Shown: positions 41,895 to 53,674 of the stretch, piece by piece | Numbering within the stretch: the stretch's first letter is position 1 | Layout: every line of letters begins with the position of its first letter | NCBI GenBank assembly: GCA_965240325.2 | Contig: OZ251249.1 | Coordinates: 806,001-870,000, forward strand | Length of the DNA stretch: 64,000 nucleotides | Origin: Rebecca billardiae RCC1528 | Lineage: Eukaryota > Protista > Haptophyta | Direction: 5' to 3' | The notes under the pieces: generated by a model | Databases searched by the model: none | What the model was told of the DNA's origin: nothing | The model's input: the letters and a program-made list of their open reading frames with translations, nothing else | Position numbers and translations under genes: made by a program

Positions 41895-44388
41895 CTACGC
41901 GCGCGCGCCCTCGACCGCGCACTGCTCGTCCACGATCGCGTTGATCTCCGAGTCGAGGGCGCGGATGCGCTGCTCCGCCTGCTTGCGCTCGCACTGCAGC
42001 GCGTGGAAGCGCTGCGCGAAGCCCGAGGCCGCGTCGGTCGGCCGCGCGGCGTGCACGCGCAGCACGCCGCTGTTGAGCCGGTTGAGCTGCGCGAGGCAGT
42101 GGTACCGCGCGCGCGCGTCGGATGGCGTGCACGCCATCGTGAAGTGCTGCTCCACGTCCGTGAGGTCCTCCAGCCGCACGTGGCGCGTGTACCGCAGGTG
42201 GTTGGAGCGCGAGGCGAGGGCCCAACCGCCCTCGCGCAGCGCGTCGGCGACCGTCGTCGGCCGCGCGAGCTCGACGCCGCCGCCGCCCTCCGCCTCCGTC
42301 TCACCCTCGGCGGCCGCGGCCCCGGCAGCCGGCGGCGGCTGCCGCGGCGCCGCCCAGGGCAGCTCGGCGGCGCCGGGTCCGGGCGGTCCGGAGCCGGCGG
42401 TCGGCGTGGCGGGCGTCGAGAGCGGCGAGGCGCGGCGGCCGTGCGCCTCGGCCAGCGAGATCTGGAGGGCGCGCGCCAGGCACGCCGCCTCCGCGCCCTC
42501 CTGCGTGTGCTCGCCGCCTCGGCGCCGCGCGCCGTCGTGCGTGCGCGCGCCGGGCGCGCGCGCCGCGCGGTGCGGCCGCGGCCGCGCCGCGCGGCCGAGC
42601 TGCAGCTGAGCCTCCGCCTCGCGCGCCTCCGCCGCCACCACCGCGCGCAGCGCGGCCTCGAGCGAGCCGTCGTCGTCGTCGTCGCCGCCGCCAGCGCCGC
42701 CGCCGCGCGCGGTCGTGCGCGCGCCCGCGCCGCCCTCGCCACCGCGCCCGCCGCCGCCGCCCTCCGCGGCGCGCGCGTCGAGCGCGGCGCGCCGCAGCTG
42801 CGCCGCCGCGGCGCAGAGGTTGGCGGCCCGCTCGCGGTGGACGCAGAAGCGCTCCAGCGCAGCCTCGGAGTGGCGCGCGCGCAGCAGGCTGTCAGCCAGC
42901 TGCCACTCGCACGCGAGGCTCGCGTCGCGCCCGAGCTCGAGCGCGCGCTCGCACGCGCCGAGCGCCTCCGCGGCGAGCGGCGGCTGGTGCTGCTCCATCG
43001 CCGCGCGGCCGTGCGCCCAGCAGTCGTACGCGAGGTCGTAGCACGCGCGCGCAAGCACCGAGCGCGCGAGCGTGACTCCTTCCATCGACGCGTCCGCGCT
43101 GCTCGCGCCGCCGCTCTCCTCGTGGCAGCGCCGCGCGGCGACAAGCGCGGCCTCGGGCGCGCCCAGTTCGTACAGCTGGCGCGCGAGCTTGGCGAGGGCG
43201 GCCGCGCGCGGCGCGCCCTCCGCGCCGGCCGCGCGCGCGCTGGGGTGGGCGCCGCCGCCGCCGTGCGCGCACGCGGCCGCGCCCGCCGCCGACGCCGACG
43301 CGGCGCCGACAGCGCGCGGAGACGGCTCCGCGCGCGCCGCGGGCGGCTCCGGCACTGCGCACGCGGGCGGCTCGGGTAGCACCGGCGACTCTGGCGGGGC
43401 GGGCGGCGGCGGCGGCGGCGCGGCGAGGGCCGCGGGCTCGGGGCCCGCCGCCTGCTGCCACGCGGGCGCGGGCGGCGCGTCGTCGTCGTCGTCGCGCGCC
43501 GAGGCCGCCGCCGCCTTGACCGCGGCCGCCACGGGCCGCAGCGGCGCGCCGCCGCCGACGCAGCGCAGGCAGCGAGCCGTCCCGAGCAGCGGCCTGTGCT
43601 GCGTGCGCTGCGTCTTGCTAAAGTGCGAGGGGTGCAGAACGCGCTCGCACGCGCCGCACTCGTAGCCGCCCGCGTCGACGCACGCCCACGGCAGCCCCAC
43701 ACTCACCATCCGCACGCACTCGGAGCAGCCGCCGCCGCCGCCGCCGCCGCCGCTCGGCCGAGCGCGGCCGGGCGCGCCGGTGGCGCTCCGGCCGACGACA
43801 GCGTGGATGTGCCCAGCGAGCTCGGCGTCCAGCTCGGGCGGCAGCGCGCCGGGCTCGAAGAGGAAGTCGAGGGCGAGCAGCGAGGAGTCCGGAGGGTCCG
43901 GGGAGTCCGGAGGGTCCGGGGAGTCCGGAGGGTCCGGAGACGCGTCGGCGGGGCGCGCGGCCGCGCGCGCGGGCTCGCCGCCACCCGTCAGCCCGCCCCC
44001 CGCCTGCCGTTGGAGCCGCAGGCAGGAGACGCGCACGCGGCTGAGGCCGAGCGCGGCCGTGTCGCACAGCCGGCGCAGTGCCGCGCCGTGCAGCGCACCC
44101 GCCGGGCGCGAGGGCGCGAGCAGCGGCGCCCACGGCGGGAGCTCCGCGCCCGGCGCGAGGGTCACCGCCTGGCCGGGCAGCACGCCGCGCCGCGCCAGCC
44201 GCAGCAGGGCCTCCGCCGCGCGCGGGCGCGCACCCCGCAGCCGCGCGCCCACCAGCTCCTCTGGGCGCTGGCCGACGCGCGCGCCGAGCGCGCGCAGGCG
44301 TGGGCCCAGCGTGCTGGGCCCGGCGCTGCCCCCGGCGCGCGCGTCCGCGTCGACGATGGCGCAGAGCTCGCAGCGCAGCTGCCGCCCC

Positions 44389-44422
<34 letters not shown>

Positions 44423-46904
44423 CGTCAGAGTCAGAGTCGGCGTCGGCGTCGCTTGCCGAGCGGAGCTCCTCCGCCTCCGCCTCCGCCTCGTCCGCCTCTT
44501 CGCCCCAGCCGCTCGCGCCGTCGCTGCCCGAGCACTCGCTGCCCGACCCCGCCGAGCCCCCGCCATCCGCGTAGTCCCCGGCCTCGTCGACCTCCGAGCA
44601 CGAGTCCGTCTCGTCAGAGCACGCCGACGCGACGTCGTCCTCCTCAGCAGCAGAATCGCCGCCACCGTCGCCGTCGCCGCCGTCGCCACCGTCGCCGATG
44701 ACGTACAGCTCGTGCGCGGGCACGCTGATCACGCTGACACACAGCCCGTCCACGCCGCGCAGCGGCCGCTCGAGCTCGACGCGCGCGGTGCTGCGGTCGT
44801 CGGGGTCCGCCGCGCCGCCGCCGCGCCGCGCCGCGCCGCCCACCTCGAGCACCAGTCCGGTGCGGCCGTGCAGCCGGCGGCGGAAGGCGGCCCAAGCGTC
44901 TGCGTCCGCGCGGCGCGCGCCGCCGCCGCCCCGCCGCCCGCCGCCGGCGCCGCCGGTGGCGCCGCCGCCCGCGCGCGGCGTGTCCCCTTTGCTCGGCGGC
45001 GCGCCGCCCTTCGGGTCCTCGTCCGCCGGCTCGGGCGGCGGCATGTGCACCCGGACCCGCCGCCCCGCGTGCAGCGGCGGCAGGAAGGAGTGGCGGCAGG
45101 CGGGGCAGTGGTCCCTGCCGTTGAGCACAAAGCTCGCGGCGCAGTCGGTGCAGATCCAGTGGTGGGCGCACGGCAGCTCGAGGCGGCAGACGCCGCCTGG
45201 CCGCGGCGTCACCTCGAAGCACACGAGGCACTCCGACTTGGAGTCGGGCCCGCCGCTCAAGTCGGGCGAGCGCAGCTGCCGGCACGACTGCAGCCGGCGC
45301 AGAATCTCCTGCCCCTTCAGCGGCAGCCCCGGAATATGCCCCGGACTGTTATGTCCGGGAGTCCGGCCGGCCGCGAGCAGTCCGGGCGCGCGGGTGGCGA
45401 GGTCGACGCGGGGACCGCCGGTGGCAGGGCTGCCGCCCTCCGCGTCGGTCGAGCCGCCCTCCTCCGCCTCGGACGCCGACGCCGCCGCCGGCCCAGACTG
45501 GGCCGAGGGCGCCTCCGCCGCCGACGCCGCCGCCGGCTCCGACGGTGCCGAGGGCGAGGGCGCGCGCGCGCCCGCAGCCGCGGGCGCATGCGCGCGCGCG
45601 CGCGCCGACCCCGCCTCAGCCGCCGCGCCCGCCGCCGCCGCGCTCGTCGTGGCCGCGGTCGGGGTCGGCGGCGGCGCCCCCGCCGTCGCGCCCGGAGGCG
45701 TTCCGAACGACGGCGGCGGCGTCTCCGCCCGCGTGCCCGCCGCGGGCGCGGGCTCGCGCGGCGGCGGCTGCTGCGCGGGCGGCGCGCCGGCCGCGGCCGA
45801 CGGCGCGTCGGCGGCGCCGCGCGCGCGCAGCGCCGCGTGCGCCTCGTCGCGCGCCGCGCGCGCGGCGGCGAGCTCGGCGCGCAGCGCATCGGCCGCGCCG
45901 CGCGCCTCGTCCAGCCGCGCCGCCGCCGCCTCCGCCTCCGCCGCGCGCGCCAGCGCCGCGTCGCAGCGCGCCTGCAGCGCCGCGGCGCGCGCCGCGTCGC
46001 GCGCCGCGTCGCGCGCGCGCCGGCCGCGCAAAGCCTCCGCCTCTGCGCGCAGCCCGTCGCGCTCGCGCTCGAGGCGGCGGCGCTCGGCCGCGTCGGCCTC
46101 GCGCTCCCGCCGCGCGCTCGCCGCCGCCTCCTTCGCGCCGCGCAGCTCGGCGCGCGCGCGCTCCAGCTCCTCCGCCAGCGCGGCGGCGCGCGCGGCGGTC
46201 GCGCTGGCCGCGCGCGCGGCCGCCGCGTCGGCCGCGCCCTTGCCGCGCGCCGCCGCCGCCGCCGCCGCTTGCTCGGCGCGGCGGAGCTTCTCGCGCAGCG
46301 CGTCCGCATCGGCGCGCGCCGCGTCGCGATCCCTCGCCACGCGCGCCGCCACGCCGTCCGCGCCGCGCAGCCGCTCGCGAAGCGCGTCCGCGTCGGCGCG
46401 CGCCGTGGCCGCGGCCGCCACCGGCGCGCCCTCCGCCGCCTCCGCCGCCCACGCGGCCGCGGCGCGCTCGGCGCGCAGGTCGTCGAGCTCGCGCTCGGCG
46501 CGCTCGGCGCGCTCGCGCAGCTGCGCGAGCAGGTGCACCGGCGGCGGCGGCTTGGGCGCGCGCGCCGCCGCCTCGCGCTCGGAGGCGTGCCGCGCAAGCT
46601 GCGCCTCGGCCGCGCGCGCGGCCGCCCGCGCCGCCGCGAGCTCAGGCTCGAGCGCGGCGTGCTTGGCGCGCCACTGCTCGACGGCGGCTTCCGCGGCGGC
46701 GCCGCGCTTCTGCTCCAGCGCGCACAGCTCGTCGGACAGCGCGGCGCCCTGCTCCGCCGCGAGCGCGCGCGCCTCGGCCGCGACCGCCCGCTCAGAGAGC
46801 GCGCGCGACTCCGCGCGCGCCGCGTCCGCGTCGGCGTGCGCGGCGTCGCGCTCGGCGCTGAGCTGCTGCACGCGGCGGCGGAGGATGTCGAGCTGCAGGT
46901 CCAT
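41895..46904 (-). CDS. Large multidomain protein: coiled coil, RING finger, SH3/KOW-like segment, Stc1-like Zn finger, helical region, UIM, HicA-like C-terminal domain
   Basis: RING CLVC...CAHHWICTDC...CPAC (~45096-45230); CGAC...FSKTQ...ARCLRC (~43560-43658); LARALQISLAEA; LREGGWALASRSNHLRY...CTPSDAR (~42070-42255); single open frame. Confidence 0.75.
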
Positions 46905-47316
46905 CGGCCGACGGGGCTCGCGGGCCGCGCCGCGCGTGCGCGAGGCGTGCGCGCGCACCGACCGCCGCGCAGTGCGGGACGGCCAGCGCTCGAGACGCGG
47001 CCAGCGCTCGAGACGCCAAGCTACAGTTTACTAAGAATAAGAGACGCACACAGCTCACAGTACAAGCTCAAAGCGGCAAGGCCCTTCCGCTTGCAAGCGG
47101 GCCGCGCAGCACGCCTGCGCTGCCGCCGGACCAGGCGGCCGCCCTTTGTTCCAGCAAAGTCCGGGAGCTAAAATCGCGCCACTTCCGCCCCGCTTTTCCC
47201 GCGCTCCCCGTCTCGTCAATCGCCAGTCATCAGGCTCCGTTCACTCGGCATCAGGCGATCGATCAGCACTGCGCTACGACTGCAATACGCGACCGTGCTG
47301 CTGACGCGCGCAGATG

Positions 47317-49509
47317 CTACGACGCGTCATCGTCATAGCGCCGCCGCGCCTCCGGCGTGTCGTAGGGCGGCGGCGAGGGCGGCGGCGGCACGTAGCGCGC
47401 GCCCGCGCCAAACGCACGCACGCGCGCGCGCAGCATGGCCGCCGCTGCATCCGCATCATCCGCAGCGGCACTACTGCGAGCATCCGGCAGCGGCTCAGCA
47501 CGCCGAGCAGCGCCGCCCGTGCCCCCGCCCTCCGCCGCGCCGTGCACCACGCGCCCGCCGCCAGACCACTGCCCCCCGCCGCCTCCGGCGCCGCGGCCAT
47601 AGCCACAGGCACTCTCGTGAGTAGAGTGAGTAGAGTGAGTAGCGGCTGAGTAGTAGGCCGACGGCGGGAGCCAGATCGAAGCGCGCCCTTTGAAGCCGCC
47701 GCCGCCACCGCCACGGCGGCTGCCGCCATCCTCCTCGTACGGCAACGCGCCGCGCGGCGCGGACGCGGCGCGCGGCGCCACGCCCCAAGCCCCGCCGCCC
47801 TGTGCGCCGCCCTGCAGCCCGGTGCTGGCGCCCTGTGCGCCGCCCTGCAGCCCGGTGCTGGCGCCCTGTGCGCCGCCCTGCAGCCCGGTGCTGGCGCCCT
47901 GTGCGCCGCCCTGCAGCCCGGTGCCGAGGGCCGCTACCGCGTGCGCCTCCGCCGCCGCGCGCGCGCGCACGTGCAGCGCGCGCGGGTCGTGCGCCACGGC
48001 GCCCTTTGCGCGCGCGCGCCGCGCCGCGACATCCGCCGTCGCGACGCCCGCGGCGTCAGGCGCGTGCGCGCGCGGCGGCGACGCGGCCGCGCGGAGCGGC
48101 GCGGCGCGCTCGGCGGCATCGCGCGCCGGCGGCCGCCACCCAGCCGCGCCGCCGCGCGCCGTCGGCAGCGGGATGGCCGCACCCTGCAGGGAGTCCGGGG
48201 CCCACGCGCCCGGCCGCGCGCGGAGTGCCGCGCCGTGCCTGCCGCCGCCGTCGGCCGCCGCGGCGGGGGCGTCGCCCGCCTGCGCGCCCGCGCGCCGCGC
48301 GCCGCCCGCCGCGCCGGCAAGCAGCGCGCAGCGCCAAGCCACCTCGGCCGCGCGCGCGCCGGCCAGCGCGCCGGCTGTCGCGGCCAGCGCGGTGTGGTGG
48401 TGAGCGCTGTGGAGCTCGGTCGAGGTGAGGCCCGCGGCGGCGGGCGGCAGCGTGGCGGCAAGCGGGCGTGGGCGCCGCGCGCCGCGATCCCAACCACCCT
48501 CGCCGTCCGCGCCGTCCCCGTCGTCGTCATCGCCGCCGCCGCCGCCGCCGTCGTCATCGCCGCCGCCGCCGCCGCCGTCGTCGCGAGCGCGCGGCGCCTC
48601 CGGTCGGACGCCCAGGTGACGCGGCCGCGCGCCCCGGCCTCCGCCCCCGCCCTCGCCGGGCCAGTCGGCGCGGCGCGCGCGCGCGGGCAGGCCCGCCGCG
48701 CCCGACAGCTCGACGGCGCGCGTGCGCGGCGGCGGCGCGGACGCGGCGCGCGCTGTCGCGCCGTCGGGCGCCAGGAGGCGCGCCACGCCTCCGGCCGCGG
48801 CGCCGGGCGCGACGCGCGCGCGGCCGCGGCCTGTGCCGAGCAAACCCGACACAGCCGCCGGCATCGGCTCGGCGAGCAGCGCGCCACCACCACCGCCGCC
48901 AGCCGCGCCGTCCGGGGCGGGCGGCGTGCCGCCGCTGCCGAAGTCGAGCACGCGCGGGCCTGGGCCTGCGAGGTGGCGGCTGCCGCGGCTAGGAACGCCC
49001 GCGGCCGCCGACGCCGCGTGCGGCGCCGCGCCGCCGGCGGCGGTGGCGGCGGCCGCCGGCGAGAGCGGCGCGACGGCGTCGGGCCGAGCGGGCGGCGGGG
49101 AGAACGCGCCGCGCCCCTTGCGCCCGGCGCGGAGCGGGTCCGCGCGCTGCGCCGCTCGCGCGTGCGCGGCGCCCAGCCCAGCGGCGCGCTCCGCCGCCGC
49201 CGCCTCCGCCGCGCCGTCCGCGTCGGCGCCGCCGCGGCCGGAGCGCGCGGTGGTCTCACCCGAGGCGCTGCCGCCGTCGGCGGCGAACGGCGCGGGGCGC
49301 GCGCGCGGCGGGGCCGTCCACGCGAGCGCGGCGCTCGCCTCCACCACGCCGCCTGCGCCCGGCACGCGGCGCCGTGCGGGCACACGCTCCGGAGACCACT
49401 GCGCACGCACGCACACACGCACACACGCACACACGCACGCACGCACACACGCACGCACGCACGCACGCACACACGCACACACGCACACACGCACACACGC
49501 ACGCACACA

Positions 49510-49556
<47 letters not shown>

Positions 49557-51665
49557 GCAGGCGCGGGGGCGGAGGGGCGCGGCGAGGAGGGTGAGGGTTA
49601 GGGGAGGTCGGGTGCACGGCGGCGCATGGCCGCCGCTCGCGACGCGCGCTCGAGCGCGCACCACCTGCCGAGCAACACGCTGCGCCGGCCGCTCGACCGC
49701 AAGGGTGGCGCTCGCGCCGAGCGCGGCGCTGCGCGCGGGCTCATGCGCCCACGCCACCGGCCCGATCCGGCGCGCGTCCGCCGACGCCGCGGCGAGCTGC
49801 AGCCGCATGAGCCGCGGCGTCTCGGCGACGCCGAGCGCGGCGCGCCGGCGTGCGCGCCGCGCCGTGTGCCCGCCCTCATCGTCCGCCTCCGCAGCCGCCC
49901 ACGGCTCCGGCCGGCTCGGCTGCGGCGGGCGCGGACGCGTAGCGTCGGTGTCGGCGGCAGCGGCCGCAGCGAGCGCGTCCGTGTGCGTGGCCACCGATGG
50001 CGAGTCCGGCCGCAACGGAGCGAGCCCGGGCGGCAGCCGAGGCGTGTCGCCGTGCGCGAAGCCCGCCAGGCCCCGCTCACCGCGGCACCAGCGCACGCCA
50101 CCACCGCCGGCGTCGGCGTCGGCCGCGCCGGCGTCGGCGTCGGCAGAGGTGCGCGCGCCGCCGAGGAGGGAACCGATGGCGCTGCCTGCGGCGAGCGCGC
50201 CCACGCGCCGCTTGCCCACGCCGCCGAGCTGGTCGTTGGCGCTCGCGCCACTCGCGCCCAGCGCCGACGCACCGCCGCCGCCGCCGCCGCCGCCGCCGGC
50301 GGAGGAGAAGCTAACACTGACAGCGCTGTCGGCGCCGAGCGCGCCGGTGGCGGCGGCGGCAGCGGCGGCCACCGCGTCCGCTGCGGCGGCTTGCGTGCGC
50401 GCGTGGAGCGTGCGGGAGAGCACGCCGGCGACGTCCGGCTCGGGCGGCGAGCTCGGCCGCGCCGCGCGCCCGCCGCGCGGCGCGTCCGCCTCCTCCGAGC
50501 CGCCGCCCTCCGCCGCCGCCCACGGTGGCGGCGAGGCGGGCGGCGCGCGCCGCGGCGACGCGCCGCCCGCTGTGGCACCCGAGCGGTCGGCCGCGCCGCC
50601 CCAGCGCGCGCGCGGTGGGGCGGAGACGGCGCGCTTGCCCGCGCGCGGGAGCCCCGCCTGCGCGCCGCTCACGCCCAGCACGGCGCTACGCCCAAGGAGC
50701 GCGCCGCTGCCGCCGCCCGCCCAGGGACCGCCGCCGCCCAGCCCTGTGCGGGCGCCCGTGTCAGCCCACGCCGCCAGGGCCTGCAGGTCGTGCGTGCGGA
50801 GGCCGGCGGGCGGCGTCTCGCCGACGCGCCGCGCGGAGCTGAGCGCCGACGCGGACGACGCCGAGCCCACGCCACCGCCTGCCCAGCCCTCGCCGCGCCA
50901 GCCGCCCCCCGGTGGCCCACTGCTCGCGCGCCGCACGCGCCGCCGCTGCGGCTGCGCTGACACCTCGTCATAGAAGCCGCGCGCGCGCGCGCGTGCCTCG
51001 CCGAGCTCGACGGTGCTGCGCCCGGCGGGGCGCGCGCTCTCCGCCGGCCGCTCCGATGCCGTGCGCCAGCTCGTTGGCGGCGTGCTCGGCGCGGGCGAGG
51101 CCGCGGGTGCCCACGCGCCGCCGCCGCCGCCGCCGCCGCCGAGCGCGCGCGCGCGCGCGAGCGCGACGCGCTCCTGGGGCGCGGCGTCGGCGTGGCGGCC
51201 GTGCGCGGCCCACCACTGCGCCGACGCATCGTGCCGCGCGTGGGTGGACGCCTCGTGCGCGCGCGCATCCACCGCGCCCACGCCGCCGCCGCGCGGCGGC
51301 GGCGTCGTCCCCTGCTCAGGCGGCGCGCGCGCGCCTCCGAGCGCGCGCACGTTGGCGAGCTGGAGCCGAGGGACCGAGGACGGGGCGGAGGAGCGCGTGT
51401 CATTCGAGCCGGCCGGGTGCGCGTCGGCGGCGCCGGGCCCGCTCGCGCCCGCCGCCGCCGCCGCCGGCGGCGCGTGCAGCGCGCCACCGCCCGCGTGGGC
51501 TTGCGCGTGTGCGCGGATGGGCGATGGCGGCTTGGGCGATGGCGCCGCGCCGGCGCGCTCGCGTGTGGGCGTGTGCTCGCGCGTGCGCTGCGCCGAGAGC
51601 TCGGCGTCGGAGGGCTCGCGCGCGAGGACGCCCGGCGCGGGGGCGCCGTGCTCGCGCGGCTGCAT
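47317..51665 (-). CDS. Low-complexity Ala/Gly/Pro-rich hypothetical protein, 2 exons (intron ~49399-49664)
   Basis: Two long ORFs join in frame at CAG|GT...CAG|TGG; the intron holds a (GCAC)n microsatellite; no recognisable domain. Confidence 0.5.
47797..47923. repeat. 33-bp coding tandem repeat x ~4 ([11 protein letters not shown])
   Basis: Read directly. Confidence 0.9.
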
Positions 51666-52107
51666 CGTCCCTGCTGATGGGCGTCGCAGCGCAAGCAAAG
51701 TAGCGCAGCAAGCCCGCGTTTGTGCTGCCGGGCGTGCGCGAAAAAATCGCTCCAATCAGCGGACGGTGAAACGGCCGCCCGGTCGTGCCACACCCAAATT
51801 TTGGCAGGCAGATCGATTATAAGGTCTACCTCGCCGAGTCGCCGGCGAAGACACCGGCACAAAACAGACCGGCGCAGCAAGGGTGGCGCAGGCAGGTGAG
51901 GGGCGCGTTGCCGCACCTCATCGAGGCGGCCATTGCAGCAAGCGGCCGCCCCGCGCTCGGAGGCACGCGCTCGAGAGCGCGCTCTGACACCACACGGGGA
52001 GGGTGCTGCACCTGGATGTTGTACCCCCGGGCGGTGCTGCGTGGCCGCCATCGCTGTCATCGGGAACACATATGATTCCCGGCGAGAGGCGCACAGCGGA
52101 TTGCCGG

Positions 52108-53364
52108 ATGAGGCCGACGAGCGTGCCGACGCTGCGGCCGGGTGTAGCACGCACGCTCGCGCTCGTTGCGCATATGACGTGCGTGTCGGCGCGTTTTTTC
52201 CCTCCGGGTGTCACCAGCCGCCGCGCGGGCGCGGAGTGTAAGCGCTTCGGCGCCATCCACACGCCCGCGGTCCACCTGACGACGTTCTACTCCCAGGGAG
52301 CGCCATACGACCGGGCGCTCAACCTCTCGGCGAGCGAGGAGCGCTTTCGTGCCGCGTTCGCGCCGCACTTCAGCAGCTACCGCGCGTGGTCGTGCGCCGA
52401 GCTTCGCCGCGTCGCGCCGCACGTCGTGCAGGAGTTTGCGGACGGCATGAAGTCCAACCACGGCCTGAACGCCGTGGGCTTTGGCGCGTACAAGCCGTAC
52501 GTCATGCTCGACGCACTGCGGCGCGCGGGTCCGGGGGAGATCGTCGTGTTCCACGACGTGAACGTGCACAAGTACCCGGCGTACCTGCAGGTGGCCGAGC
52601 ACGTCGCCACCGTGAGCCGCAGCCTGATGGCGCTCTGCGGGGCGGACGTGTACATGCCAATGGAGAGGCCGGGGGAGCTGCAGGTGGCCGGGTGGGTCAA
52701 GGCGCAGGTGGTGCGCGAGCTGGGCGCGGGCTGGCACGAGCCGCTGGCGGCAACGCCCACTGAGGCGGGGCCGGGCAGCGCCATGGCCACATTCAACGCC
52801 GCGCAGCGCCGCGCGCCGCCGCGCGCCCAGCGGCTGATGGCCGGGCTCTTTGCCTTCCCGCTGCTCAACGCGCACTTGGTCGTGGCCAGGAAGACGGCAG
52901 CCGCCGAGGAGCTGCTGCAGCGGTGGCTGGAGGCGAACTTGCACGACGAGTGGATCAGCCTGACCCCGAATCACGCGCCGCACCCCACCTACCACGTGCA
53001 CACGCCCGAGCAAGGCGTCTTCTCGGTGCTGGCCGCCCTGCGCGTGCTGAACGGCTCGCTGCCGCGCGACTACCCCCGCTACTACTTCGAGAAGGACCGG
53101 CTCGTCAGTTGCGCGCAGATGAGGAGGCTGAACGCGTCGAAGGAGCTCATGGAGTACGCGCTGCGGAAGTGGGACGCGAGCAAGCTCAAGCACGAGCAAT
53201 CCGCGCGGGCCACTCCGGTCCGCCGCGGACAGCGGCATGCAGACCGCCCGGCCGCTGGCAGCGCTGGGCAGGGGGCCGCTCACGCCGTTCGTTGGCGGCC
53301 GAGCGGCCGAGCCCCGGCGTGGGGCAACGAGTCCACAGACGGCACCGCGGGGCCGCGCCGATAG
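52108..53364 (+). CDS. Putative secretory-pathway glycosyltransferase-like protein (GT-A fold)
   Basis: Signal-like N-terminus; GFGAYKPYVMLDAL...GEIVVFHD and HTPEQGVFSVL resemble WKP..I..GD.L.Y.D and H..DQS motifs of nucleotide-sugar transferases. Confidence 0.55.
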   Translation: MRPTSVPTLRPGVARTLALVAHMTCVSARFFPPGVTSRRAGAECKRFGAIHTPAVHLTTFYSQGAPYDRALNLSASEERFRAAFAPHFSSYRAWSCAELRRVAPHVVQEFADGMKSNHGLNAVGFGAYKPYVMLDALRRAGPGEIVVFHDVNVHKYPAYLQVAEHVATVSRSLMALCGADVYMPMERPGELQVAGWVKAQVVRELGAGWHEPLAATPTEAGPGSAMATFNAAQRRAPPRAQRLMAGLFAFPLLNAHLVVARKTAAAEELLQRWLEANLHDEWISLTPNHAPHPTYHVHTPEQGVFSVLAALRVLNGSLPRDYPRYYFEKDRLVSCAQMRRLNASKELMEYALRKWDASKLKHEQSARATPVRRGQRHADRPAAGSAGQGAAHAVRWRPSGRAPAWGNESTDGTAGPRR

Positions 53365-53674
53365 TCGTGGCGAGGCAGTCGTCAACAGGCCGGGCGCACG
53401 ATGCGGCCTGACCGACCGGTCACAGTAGTCGTCCGTCAGCAGGCGCGCGGAGTCGTCTGCAACTCTGCACGCGCATCCACGCGCGATACTCAGGCCGATT
53501 GATGAATGATGCTGTAGCAGCAGCAGCGCGCACAGTAGTCGTAGTATAGCGCGCGCTGTATATCGCGTCGCCATCGATCGATCGATCTATATATATATAT
53601 GCTATGTATATACTGATATATATGCATGTCGTATATGATGTTCGTCGCGCGTATATCATCAGCCGCCCGACTCA

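Noticed and set aside
49589-49607. Telomere-like GGGTTAGGG
   Set aside because: Single unit in a G-rich intron
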